A stretch of DNA of 32,000 nucleotides, taken from Nostoc punctiforme PCC 73102. GTDB taxonomy: Bacteria > Cyanobacteriota > Cyanobacteriia > Cyanobacteriales > Nostocaceae. The position numbers and the translations under genes are program-made. The notes beneath the pieces are model-generated. The model was given only the letters and a program-made list of their open reading frames with translations. It did no database searches and was not told the origin of the DNA. Of this stretch, positions 15,231 to 24,035 are shown one piece after another (position 1 is the stretch's first letter; each line of letters starts with the position of its first letter). The stretch is from contig NC_010628.1 of the NCBI RefSeq assembly GCF_000020025.1, positions 5,100,001 to 5,132,000 of the forward strand. Direction: 5' to 3'.

Positions 15231-15751
15231 TGACATCCTAGAGATTCACGAGTTTGCACACCTGTTTTGGAATTCACACCACTGGCTTTTCTACACAGTT
15301 CTTTGATTTGTGCCCGATCCAAAATTGCATCTGTAAAATCTGCACCGTCTATATTCACATCATTAAATATGGCACGGAGCAAAAGAGCTTCTTTGAAAAT
15401 TGCATCACTCAAATCGGCCTTAGTCAAGTTTACCTGATCGACCATTGCATTCGTTAAATCTGCTCCGTGGAGATTTGCTTTTGTCATCACCGAAGCACTC
15501 ATAACTGCTCCCCGCAAATCAGCGTTTGAAAAGTTAGCCAGTTCCATATTGGCGTTAGAAAACTCCGCAGCTTGCAAACTGTCACCAGAAAAATCACGTC
15601 TTGACAACTCTGCATTACTAAATGACAGTGGATGAGTCCAGTCTACTGCCAGCACGGGATCAGCCACGCACCAGATAATAATTGCAAGAAGGAACGCCAA
15701 CCCTTGCCGCCAAAACATATCGAGAGTCAATTTGGTGTCTAATCGCTGCAT
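15227..15751 (-). CDS. pentapeptide-repeat protein with N-terminal signal/anchor (thylakoid-lumen type)
   Basis: Hydrophobic N-terminus (LAFLLAIIIWCVADPVLA) followed by contiguous pentapeptide repeats (ANLHGADLTNAMVDQVNLTKADLSDAIFKEALL...). Confidence 0.85.
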   Translation of the reverse strand: MQRLDTKLTLDMFWRQGLAFLLAIIIWCVADPVLAVDWTHPLSFSNAELSRRDFSGDSLQAAEFSNANMELANFSNADLRGAVMSASVMTKANLHGADLTNAMVDQVNLTKADLSDAIFKEALLLRAIFNDVNIDGADFTDAILDRAQIKELCRKASGVNSKTGVQTRESLGCQ

Positions 15752-16480
15752 TTAAGCTTACCGCATTTGAATATTAGCAAGACTGGCTAATTCTAATTGA
15801 GACTCGCAGCCTTGCTACTGGATTTGGGGGATGTGTATTTCCCTTGCTTAATATTTTGTAACGCAAAAAGGGCATAAGCTTCTCACTTTGAGCAAAATTA
15901 TGCCTGCGACTTTGGGTAGAGAAAGGCAATCTACGAGCGTTCGCACTAAAGCAGGATGATAATTACGAAATAGCGATCGCAATGATTGAGTATAAATTAC
16001 TTGTCACATCAAGCAAGCTTTCGCAAAACATAGAAGGGGAGCATAATATCACTCTTAATGATGAGAGAATTTAAAATCTCTAACTCTAAAGGAATATTTT
16101 TGCTGGATAAAACAATATCTACAACAGATGATGCCTAACACTTGTTGATTTGTTCACAATTATTCATTTTTAGATTTAAATTTCAGGATATAAAGAGTTT
16201 TATTAAGCAGTAATACTCACCAACTTATTTACAATTCTTGACTTACAACTTTCCAAGTAAAGTTTATTGTCTTTTAAATTAAACAGCCCCCATCAACTGC
16301 TAATCTTTTAATTAGTGAAAGCAAGGTTTGAGCGTAATTATAAGCGTTCCCAGTGCTTAACAAAGCTTAAAAATTGGATAATTAGCGTTAATTTTATAGC
16401 GATTAGTTAGTTCTTCAGGAATCTCTAAGAGTTTACATTCACCGAGTACACAACTTCCACAAACCGAACTCCCAAACCCG

Positions 16481-16804
16481 ATGATGAATCATTACTCACT
16501 TCAATGGATTGAGGCATGGTGCCAAGAAAATGGCTGGACAGATTTATTTGTTGAGCGACGTAACAACTTCTGGGCTTTCCCTCCGGGTGGGGTAATGCCA
16601 GAACCAATCCCAGTTAATGTTCTCAGAGGGATTAAAGCTGAGAAGGGATTGACCTTTGAAGAAAGATTGTGGTCGATGTCCGCAGTGATTGGCACAATCA
16701 TAGCTGTTCTTTTTACCTTTTGGTTTCAGTCGCCGATGCCATTAGTTTTGGCATTCGCTTTTAACGCCGTTACGGTGGCTCAATTTGAACTTGAAGATGC
16801 CTAA
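16481..16804 (+). CDS. hypothetical small protein with C-terminal TM helices
   Basis: 107-aa ORF with an ATG start, followed by a strong terminator. It has a Trp-rich soluble N-terminus and a hydrophobic C-terminus. I recognise no family. Confidence 0.55.
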   Translation: MMNHYSLQWIEAWCQENGWTDLFVERRNNFWAFPPGGVMPEPIPVNVLRGIKAEKGLTFEERLWSMSAVIGTIIAVLFTFWFQSPMPLVLAFAFNAVTVAQFELEDA

Positions 16805-16828
16805 ATTCTTGTTTTGGGCTTTGCGATT

Positions 16829-16867
16829 AAAAACTGCTCTTGTCTACTTTTAGCAAGAGCAGTTTTT
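16829..16867 (+). terminator. rho-independent terminator
   Basis: aaaaactgctcttg (16829-16842) and caagagcagttttt (16854-16867) form a perfect 14-bp stem including the A/T runs. It lies 25 nt after the stop codon. Confidence 0.7.
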
Positions 16868-17238
16868 AATTAAAGAAAAATAGATCATAATCAGCACAGT
16901 TTCAGCTATACATTTTTATTTTTTGGTCTTAACCGAACCGTATTAGGAGGCAAGAGGCAACAGTTAAGGAGCCTCTGTGAGTTGTACTGAAGTTTTCAGA
17001 ATTCAAATATGAGTCCTATAGTTGTGTCTGCCGTTGTGTCATAGATGAGGAAAAAAGTACTCAGCAATCATCACTTTAACTCAGCTTTAATAACTTCAGG
17101 GTAAATCTAGCCTACATACACAGTATTTTAGGTATAAAACTTGTATTTAAATATATTTACTCTGATAAACTTGTGATGATCATTTCCTGGATGCTACCTT
17201 CTACAAGGTGACACAGGATTTGGAGCGGTTTTTTAACC

Positions 17239-19293
17239 ATGAAGCACAGACACAAAGTAGCTTATAGCTTAATATCGCTGATCGGTTTCAATTTAATATC
17301 TACCTTAGCTGCATTTGATCCCGCGATGGCTGCGCCAACGCCAAAGGCGATCGCTACATTACCGAGAACCCCAGATAAAAGTGTGAACTGCGAGATTTTA
17401 GTTGTGGGTGGTGGACTATCTGGTGTCGCCACAGCTTACGAAGGTTTGCTAGCAGGACGAACGGTTTGCCTCACGGAAATTACTGACTGGCTGGGAGGAC
17501 AAATTTCTTCTCAAGGGACATCTGCGTTAGACGAACGCCCAACTCAGCGTGCCCTAAAATTCTATTCTCGTGGCTACCTGGAATTGCGAAACCGCATTGG
17601 GCGTAAATACGGTAAACTTAACCCCGGTGACTGTTGGGTAAGTGAATCCTGCTTTCTTCCCCGCGATGCTCACGCCATTTTGACCGATATGCTCAAAGAT
17701 GCCGAAAAGCAGGGTAAAGGGAAGTTGCAATGGTTTCCCAACACAGTAATTAAGGATTTGGAAATTGCTGCTGATGGCAAAATAATTAATAGTGCGATCG
17801 CTATCCAACATCAACCACCAAAAGGCGCACCACCTCTCAACACTTTTACTTTATCTCAAAGTATTGAAGATTCTTATAGTTACGAAAACTCATCTCGATT
17901 TACTAAAACTATTCTCCGTTTTCTCCCCAAGGAAGCGAAAGGGGATGCTCCTAAATGGTACGTCGTAGACGCGAGCGAAACTGGAGAAATTATTGCCCTT
18001 GCTGATGTTCCCTACCGATTAGGTATTGATGCCCGTTCTTACCTAGAACCTTCTGCTTCTAGCACCAATAACGACCCTTATTGCCCTCAAGGATTTACCT
18101 ACACCTTTGCAATGGAGGCAACTAAGGAACCGCAACCCCAGGCAATGCCCCCCTTCTATTTACAATATGCACCATATTTTAGCTATGAATTAACCCGACT
18201 GGCTAACTTTGATTTAGTTTTCACTTATCGTCGCATTTGGAGTCCAACCAAAGGGAAACCAGCAAAATTCGGAGGTGTAAGTTTTACCGCTCCTACACTA
18301 GGGGACATCTCCATGCAAAACTGGACTTGGGGTAACGATTACCGCCCTGGAACAGCCCAAGATAACCTAATTTACAGTCGCCAACAGTTACAAAGTACTG
18401 GACAGTTAAACCCAGGTGGCTGGATGGGAGGATTGAGGACAGAAACCCTCCGCAAAGCTGAGGAAAATGCCCTCTCTTTCTATTACTGGTTAGTAGCTGG
18501 GACTACAGATTCCAAACTGGGGGAGGGTGTTAAGCAGCAGCAAAGCAATAACCGCTTTGTTTCGGGTTTAAATTCGCCAATGGGAACAGTGCATGGCTTA
18601 TCGAAATATCCCTATATGCGCGAGGCACGGCGCATCATTGGCCGCCCCAGTTGGGGACAATCTGGTGGCTTTGGTATTTGGGAAATTGATATTTCTCGCC
18701 GAGATTACAACGATCAGTATTACTCCAAGACTCTGCCAGAAGATATGTATCGGAGGCTACGAGCAGCAGTTGCAGGTTTGGAAGCAATATCAGTAATTGA
18801 AGGTAAAGTCCCACCAGACAAAGCAATGCGACGGACTCGTTCTACCATCTTCCCCGATGCTGTGGGTATTGGTCACTACGCTATAGACTTCCATCCTTGT
18901 ATGGTGAATAGTCCCCCAGAAGCCCCTGGTAACACAGAACGTCCAGGTGAAAGGCGTGGTGCTGGCCAAGCTTATCCCTTCCAAATTGCTCTGAGGGCTA
19001 TGATTCCTCAGAAAATTGATAATTTGCTGGTAGGTGGCAAAAGCATTGCTACTAGTCATATTGCTGCTGCTGCCTATCGAGTCCATTCCTTTGAATGGTC
19101 GTCTGGCGCAGCTGCAGGAACTGTTGCTAGTTTTGCCATCAAAAATGCGATCGCACCCTACCAACTAGTCGATGATTTACCCAAACAAGAGCCACAACTC
19201 GAAGCTCTCAAACGGCTTTTGCAACAAAATGGCAACCCCACCGCTTTCCCCGATACATCCATTTTTAACGAAAACTGGGATAATTGGCGGTAG
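17239..19293 (+). CDS. exported FAD-dependent oxidoreductase (FAD_oxidored/GIDA-like N-terminal dinucleotide fold)
   Basis: The signal-like N-terminus (SLISLIGFNLISTLAAFDPAMAAP) has no twin-arginine. It is followed by EILVVGGGLSGVATAYEGLLAGRTVCLTE..WLGGQ (GxGxxG Rossmann FAD motif). 684 aa. Confidence 0.8.
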   Translation: MKHRHKVAYSLISLIGFNLISTLAAFDPAMAAPTPKAIATLPRTPDKSVNCEILVVGGGLSGVATAYEGLLAGRTVCLTEITDWLGGQISSQGTSALDERPTQRALKFYSRGYLELRNRIGRKYGKLNPGDCWVSESCFLPRDAHAILTDMLKDAEKQGKGKLQWFPNTVIKDLEIAADGKIINSAIAIQHQPPKGAPPLNTFTLSQSIEDSYSYENSSRFTKTILRFLPKEAKGDAPKWYVVDASETGEIIALADVPYRLGIDARSYLEPSASSTNNDPYCPQGFTYTFAMEATKEPQPQAMPPFYLQYAPYFSYELTRLANFDLVFTYRRIWSPTKGKPAKFGGVSFTAPTLGDISMQNWTWGNDYRPGTAQDNLIYSRQQLQSTGQLNPGGWMGGLRTETLRKAEENALSFYYWLVAGTTDSKLGEGVKQQQSNNRFVSGLNSPMGTVHGLSKYPYMREARRIIGRPSWGQSGGFGIWEIDISRRDYNDQYYSKTLPEDMYRRLRAAVAGLEAISVIEGKVPPDKAMRRTRSTIFPDAVGIGHYAIDFHPCMVNSPPEAPGNTERPGERRGAGQAYPFQIALRAMIPQKIDNLLVGGKSIATSHIAAAAYRVHSFEWSSGAAAGTVASFAIKNAIAPYQLVDDLPKQEPQLEALKRLLQQNGNPTAFPDTSIFNENWDNWR

Positions 19294-19300
19294 ATAGTTA

Positions 19301-19374
19301 TTGGTCATTTGTCATTGGTCATTTGTTAAAACAAAGGACAAAGGACAAATGACAATGGACAAGTGACAATGGAC
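19301..19374. repeat. inverted pair of STRR2 heptamer arrays (hairpin) downstream of the oxidoreductase gene
   Basis: ttggtcatttgtcattggtcatttgt (19301-19326), loop taaaa, then caaaggacaaaggacaaatgacaatggacaagtgacaatggac on the opposite polarity. It starts 8 nt after the stop codon. Confidence 0.8.
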
Positions 19375-19455
19375 TAAACTAGTTACTTGTAGTTTTGTAA
19401 AATCTTATTGACCAATTGTTCTATGGTTAGGAACCTTTCAGCAGATGTTTACGGG

Positions 19456-19749
19456 ATGACCACAGCACCAACTATAACTCCTGAACGGTCTAGTCAAGTT
19501 ACCCGTAAGACTTATCCGAATTACAAAGTGATTGTATTAAATGATGATTTTAATACATTCCAACATGTGGCTGAATGTTTGATGAAATATATTCCGGGAA
19601 TGAGTGGCGATCGCGCGTGGGATCTGACTAATCAGGTACACTATGAAGGTCAAGCGATCGTTTGGGTCGGACCTCAAGAACCTGCGGAACTTTATCACCA
19701 GCAGCTGCGCCGAGCAGGTTTGACAATGGCACCTCTAGAAGCAGCTTAA
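19456..19749 (+). CDS. clpS: ATP-dependent Clp protease adaptor ClpS
   Basis: YKVIVLNDDFNTFQHVAECLMKYIPGMSGDRAWDLTNQVHYEGQAIVWVGPQEPAELYHQQL is a clear ClpS core. The start is set at MTTAPTIT; upstream alternatives are the ATG at 19423 and the TTG at 19408. Confidence 0.85.
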   Translation: MTTAPTITPERSSQVTRKTYPNYKVIVLNDDFNTFQHVAECLMKYIPGMSGDRAWDLTNQVHYEGQAIVWVGPQEPAELYHQQLRRAGLTMAPLEAA

Positions 19750-19754
19750 TTATT

Positions 19755-20099
19755 ATGGGCAAACCCACCGCAGATTCCCTCCGGGCGGCTTCTCTACGAG
19801 ACGCTACGCGAACACAAAAAGCTGCCAGACTGGTTTGGAATCACTCGACACACCTTTCTGGTCTTATCCCAATTTTAGAACGTCTTTGTCAGCAGGATGG
19901 TATCCAAACGGTAACGCCAGGAGTGATTGGGCGGGCAAGAGGTCATTGTCCAAAAATGCAACTGCGTGTCTCGGTACCGATTCGCGGTGGCTATAAAGTA
20001 ATCGCACGGCAGGGGAAGACGGTACAAGAAGTGTTTATTTTAACTCCTTTGGCGCAGTCAGAACTGGAAACGGCATTAGCGATCGCAATGAAATCTTGA
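19755..20099 (+). CDS. conserved cyanobacterial hypothetical protein (DUF2103-like, from memory)
   Basis: ATG at 19755, 5 nt after the clpS stop. The core is VWNHSTHLSGLIPILERL...GVIGRARGHCPKMQLRVSVPIRGGYKVIARQGKTVQEVFILT. The portion of the track ORF upstream of 19755 overlaps clpS and is rejected. Confidence 0.6.
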   Translation: MGKPTADSLRAASLRDATRTQKAARLVWNHSTHLSGLIPILERLCQQDGIQTVTPGVIGRARGHCPKMQLRVSVPIRGGYKVIARQGKTVQEVFILTPLAQSELETALAIAMKS

Positions 20100-20119
20100 T
20101 CGTTCCCCATGCCCAATGT

Positions 20120-20440
20120 CTATTCTTCAACACGGTGGACTGCAAATTTGTGTAGTGGCAGACTAACAATGCACGAAAAAGTTAAGAAATATGACAGAGC
20201 GGTAGTTATTTTCAAAGTCATAACTACAGATTCCCATTCGGGTAAAATCATTTTCTCTATGCCAAAAGCTAAACAGTAAACTAGCCAATAAGTAAAGCTC
20301 ATTCTAAACAGAATCACTTCTGTTTCTTCCACGTCACTTTTTTGTTGCTTACTGTCCCACAGTAACACCAGTCCAACAATGCAAGCTACAAAGGAAACAG
20401 CAACTACAAATTCGTGACAAAATATATTTAACGAATGCAT
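20120..20440 (-). CDS. hypothetical membrane protein (about 3 TM)
   Basis: 106-aa ORF with hydrophobic helices. I recognise no family, and the call rests on ORF length and hydrophobic periodicity only. Confidence 0.4.
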   Translation of the reverse strand: MHSLNIFCHEFVVAVSFVACIVGLVLLWDSKQQKSDVEETEVILFRMSFTYWLVYCLAFGIEKMILPEWESVVMTLKITTALSYFLTFSCIVSLPLHKFAVHRVEE

Positions 20441-20480
20441 TTGTGTTTATTCCCACATTATTCAGTTAAAGATCAGTCTA

Positions 20481-20494
20481 AAGGAATATTCCTT
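20481..20494. promoter_or_regulatory. perfect 14-bp palindrome AAGGAATATTCCTT upstream of the 20120-20440 ORF
   Basis: Read directly. It lies about 41-54 bp upstream of the putative start at 20440. A protein-binding role is only conjecture. Confidence 0.25.
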
Positions 20495-20770
20495 GGGGAA
20501 ATACAAATTATTTACAAACCTCAATAGAGGAATGTTTTTTTTGTAAACAAATGCAACAAAAATTGTTGTTTTGCAAATATAAATATTGTTTAAGAGTTTA
20601 ATTGGAGTTTCAAGCAATTTGTTAGATATTGCATTAAGAATGGCTGAACAAGAAAATACCCATTCTGGAGTTCAATAAGCGATCGCTTGCTACATTTTCT
20701 TAAGTTTGCTGCTTGGCGATCGCCGCAAAAAGCGAATTTTCCCCTTAAAATCCCTTTTCTAACTTCTTAT

Positions 20771-20871
20771 CTCTGTGTTATCTGTGCCTGGAATAGTTAA
20801 ATAAATTCACTTTTAAACCACAGAGGCACAGAAAAGCCAGTGCGTTGGGGAGCCACTGGCGCGACACAGAG
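20771..20871. repeat. nested inverted-repeat element (CTCTGTG / CACAGAG family)
   Basis: ctctgtgt (20771-78) pairs with acacagag (20864-71). ctgtgcct (20782-89) pairs with aggcacag (20824-31). There is an inner hairpin gccagtg...cactggc (20836-20860). Confidence 0.5.
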
Positions 20872-20950
20872 AAAAAGAAGAGATTTTTGCAGTCGCCTTG
20901 AAAGGGTTACTACGGGGAGTTTATTGCGTCCATCTTCATACAGAATTGCT

Positions 20951-21439
20951 CTAAGAACAATTTTCTGCTAACTGTTCGCAAGCACCAATACTTACCCAGC
21001 GACTAGAACCATCTTCCCAATGTTCTTTCTTCCATATAGGTGCATTGTGCTTGAGGGTATCAATAGCATACTGGCAAGCTTCAAACGCCTCACTCCGATG
21101 AGGGCAACCCACTGCTACTAAAACGCTAATTTCTCCAACTTGTAAACGTCCGATGCGATGATGAATTGCTACTCGATTTACATCAGATGTAGATAAACGA
21201 ATATCAGCAGCAATTTGATAAAATATCTGCAATGCCATTGGTTCATAAGCTTGATACTCCAAGGCAACCACTGGTTTCCCGTCGGTTTGATTGCGAACCA
21301 TTCCACTCATCAAAACTAAGGCACCGTTAGCTGGATCGTCAGACTTAGTGTAAATCTCTTCGAGAGACAATGGTGCAAAGCTAATGGTAAAACTATCTTC
21401 ATCTCTTGGTTTAACACGAGAGGTAAGTGTAGTTGTCAT
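20951..21439 (-). CDS. moaE: molybdopterin synthase catalytic subunit MoaE
   Basis: GEISVLVAVGCPHRSEAFEACQYAIDTLKHNAPIWKKE is the MoaE signature. 162 aa. Confidence 0.85.
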   Translation of the reverse strand: MTTTLTSRVKPRDEDSFTISFAPLSLEEIYTKSDDPANGALVLMSGMVRNQTDGKPVVALEYQAYEPMALQIFYQIAADIRLSTSDVNRVAIHHRIGRLQVGEISVLVAVGCPHRSEAFEACQYAIDTLKHNAPIWKKEHWEDGSSRWVSIGACEQLAENCS

Positions 21440-21631
21440 AACTGTGTCAAGTTAATATTGTGTGGGCTTTTTCTATTTTCCCTGAACAAAGCACTGCTGA
21501 TGTATGTTTAGTTGCTCTTGCTAATGCTTTTGAGCAAAACGAGAATTTTTTAGATCGATAATTATATTACCCATTATGAAACTAATCAAGGGTTAAAATT
21601 ATCTTTTCATGAGTAAGTGGGCAAGAATAAT

Positions 21632-22069
21632 TTAATGTATGTAAAGAAATGTATTATCATCGTTATCTAGGCGATCGCAGTCATATCTACCTTTAATCTC
21701 TTGATTGAAAAAGCTGCCAACTGAGTCAGAGGAATGTAAATCTTCCCAGGTATCCTCGTCTACGCCTAAGTACTGATAAACAGATCCACTTTGAAACTCA
21801 ACTTGCAAAATTTGTTCGTTGCGATCGTATCCTACAGCGATCGCCATTGATGAGACAACTGGTAGCATGACAATTGGTTCTTCTTCAAAAGGTAGTGCAG
21901 TCGTTTCGGCAATCGCCTCGTTCAGTTCTTGCAATCCTTCATAAGCTTGTACTGGCGCTGGAATTTCCAAAAACTCTAGTTCGTCACCTCGATCTAGCAA
22001 CAACTGCAAATATCCACCAGAGTGAGCGATCGCGACTAAACTGCTCAAGTCTACTTTAGATAGCTTCAT
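21632..22069 (-). CDS. KTSC-domain protein
   Basis: The C-terminal IAVGYDRNEQILQVEFQSGSVYQYLGVDEDTWEDLHSSDSVGSFFNQEIKGRY matches the KTSC domain pattern. The N-terminal half is unassigned. Confidence 0.7.
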   Translation of the reverse strand: MKLSKVDLSSLVAIAHSGGYLQLLLDRGDELEFLEIPAPVQAYEGLQELNEAIAETTALPFEEEPIVMLPVVSSMAIAVGYDRNEQILQVEFQSGSVYQYLGVDEDTWEDLHSSDSVGSFFNQEIKGRYDCDRLDNDDNTFLYIH

Positions 22070-22260
22070 TTATTTTGTACTCTCTTGTTGGCGTAGTCGG
22101 GTGTTTAAAGTTTTATGCAACACGCAAGTATTTTAGTAGTACTAATATACTATTAAAGCGTTTTGCTGTCAAGTGATGCCAACACTGATGTGGAAATACT
22201 GACGATTCAGCTTGGGGCAATGGGCGTGTTTGAGTCACCTTAGTTGTGCAAGTCAAAACC

Positions 22261-22292
22261 ATGTAGAGACGTAAAATTTTACGTCTCTACAT
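22261..22292 (-). terminator. perfect 32-bp palindrome (GTAGAGACG family), probable leuA terminator
   Basis: atgtagagacgtaaaa|ttttacgtctctacat has perfect 16-bp arms. It lies 34 nt downstream of the leuA stop, and on the minus strand it is followed by ggtttt. Confidence 0.5.
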
Positions 22293-22325
22293 GATTCATA
22301 CCTGTATTCAACAATGCATTTGAAT

Positions 22326-23948
22326 CTACCCAGAGACAACAGCAGAGTTTATCTCATGAAACTCGGATTTCTCAGTTTGCAAGTAACGATAAAGACGATT
22401 CAAGGCGTTGATATGGGCGTAAGCTGCTGCTACCACGATATCAGTATCAGATGCTTGTCCAGAGAATATCCGCTCTTGATGTTTCAAGCGAACTGTAACT
22501 GTTCCTAGTGCATCAATCCCTCCAGTCACAGATTGGACGGAAAATTCAATTAGTTGATTGGGAATCTGCACCAATCGATTGATTGCTTGATACACCGCAT
22601 CCACTGGGCCAGTGCCTACACTCGCATCTGTGAGGATTTTACCATCGGGGGTAACAATTGTAATGGTTGCAGTTGGGCAAGTGCAGTCACCACAAATTAC
22701 CTGAACGTGTTCGATTTGGAAGCCACTTTCTACTTGAATCTGCGTTTCATCTCGAACGATCGCTTCTAAATCCCAATCTGAGATTTCTTTTTTCTTATCG
22801 GCGACATCTTTGAATCGATTGAAGGCTTTATTCAAGTCCGCCTCGTTCAATTCAAACCCCAATTCCTTGAGCCTGGTACGAAAAGCATTTCGTCCAGAGT
22901 GCTTGCCCAAAACAATACGATTTTCTGGCAAACCGATCGCAGCAGCTTCCATAATTTCATAAGTCTGGCGATGCTTGATAATCCCATCTTGGTGAATACC
23001 AGACTCATGGGCGAAAGCGTTTGCTCCCACGATCGCCTTATTGGGCTGAATCAGCATCCCAGTTAATTGGGAAACCAAGGATGAGGTTTTATAAATCTCC
23101 TGAGTCTTAATATTAGTCAGAGGTGTATCAGCATCAACCGGACGACCAAAGTAAGGATTGAAAAATGGTTTGCGAACTTGCAACGCCATCACAATCTCTT
23201 CTAATGCTGCATTTCCAGCCCGTTCTCCAATACCATTAATCGTACATTCCACCTGACGCACACCATATTCAATTGCTGCCAAAGCGTTAGCTGTCGCCAA
23301 ACCCAAATCATTTTGAGTGTGAATCGAAAGAATCACCCCATCGATATTAGGAACATGTTCTCGAATTCCTTGAATTAGAGTTCCGATTTCCTTGGGTGTG
23401 CAGTAACCAACGGTATCAGGAATGTTGATTGTAGTTGCACCTGCTGCGATCGCCGCCTCCAAAACTTCATACAGGAACTCTGGTTCAGTGCGGCTGGCAT
23501 CCATTGGTGAAAATTCTACATCGTCTACAAACGACTTAGCATAAGCAACCATTTCTGATGCGATCGCTAATACTTCGCTGCGAGACTTTTTCAACTGATA
23601 TTTCAGGTGAATATCAGAGGTAGAAATCATCGTGTGGATTCTGGGACGAGCCGCTCCCTTCAAGGCTTCGGCGGCGGCGTGAATATCCTGGCGAATGGCT
23701 CTAGCTAAACTGCAAATGATTGGTCCACCAGGTATTCCAACTTGTTCAGCAATGGTTTTAACAGCTTGAAAATCTCCCGGACTAGCAACGGCAAAACCTG
23801 CTTCAATCACATCGACACCAAGGAGAGCTAGTTGATGAGCGATCGCCAGCTTTTCTTCTACATTGAGGGTTGCGCCCGGTGACTGTTCGCCATCCCGTAG
23901 CGTGGTGTCGAAGATGATAACTCGGTCTGGTTGAGATGTGATGCTCAT
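22326..23948 (-). CDS. leuA: 2-isopropylmalate synthase
   Basis: [28 protein letters not shown]...[13 protein letters not shown]...[16 protein letters not shown]...[17 protein letters not shown] plus the C-terminal LeuA dimer/regulatory domain. 540 aa. Confidence 0.92.
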   Translation of the reverse strand: MSITSQPDRVIIFDTTLRDGEQSPGATLNVEEKLAIAHQLALLGVDVIEAGFAVASPGDFQAVKTIAEQVGIPGGPIICSLARAIRQDIHAAAEALKGAARPRIHTMISTSDIHLKYQLKKSRSEVLAIASEMVAYAKSFVDDVEFSPMDASRTEPEFLYEVLEAAIAAGATTINIPDTVGYCTPKEIGTLIQGIREHVPNIDGVILSIHTQNDLGLATANALAAIEYGVRQVECTINGIGERAGNAALEEIVMALQVRKPFFNPYFGRPVDADTPLTNIKTQEIYKTSSLVSQLTGMLIQPNKAIVGANAFAHESGIHQDGIIKHRQTYEIMEAAAIGLPENRIVLGKHSGRNAFRTRLKELGFELNEADLNKAFNRFKDVADKKKEISDWDLEAIVRDETQIQVESGFQIEHVQVICGDCTCPTATITIVTPDGKILTDASVGTGPVDAVYQAINRLVQIPNQLIEFSVQSVTGGIDALGTVTVRLKHQERIFSGQASDTDIVVAAAYAHINALNRLYRYLQTEKSEFHEINSAVVSG

Positions 23949-23990
23949 AACTGTCTCCCGTGGTATTGAAGGGATGTTTAAAAACTTACT

Positions 23991-24034
23991 TTGGATATTG
24001 TATACAATTTTTTAATTTTGTATACAATATCCAA
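23991..24034. promoter_or_regulatory. candidate GntR-family operator: 17-bp perfect inverted repeat containing two TGTATACAAT cores
   Basis: ttggatattgtatacaa (23991-24007) and ttgtatacaatatccaa (24018-24034) are perfect reverse complements. Each holds the self-palindromic core TGTATACA (GT-N-AC type), at 23999-24008 and 24019-24028, 20 bp apart. The site lies in the 87-bp divergent leuA/GntR intergenic region and ends 2 nt before the GntR ATG. Confidence 0.6.
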
Positions 24035-24035
24035 T

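Noticed and set aside
17123-17136. NtcA-like site GTA-N8-ATA upstream of the oxidoreductase gene
   Set aside because: The second half-site is ATA rather than TAC. The spacing to any -10-like box is not convincing, and AT-rich DNA yields such near-matches by chance.
19662-19754. The upstream 31 codons of track ORF 19662-20099, overlapping the 3' end of clpS
   Set aside because: This part is an alternative-frame read of the well-supported clpS coding sequence. An ATG at 19755, just after the clpS stop, gives a sensible gene.
21440-21631. Possible Moco riboswitch upstream of moaE
   Set aside because: I read the 192-nt leader on the minus strand and found none of the conserved Moco-motif elements I remember, and no convincing multi-stem fold. 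It is probably just a promoter/UTR plus a weak terminator for the upstream KTSC gene.
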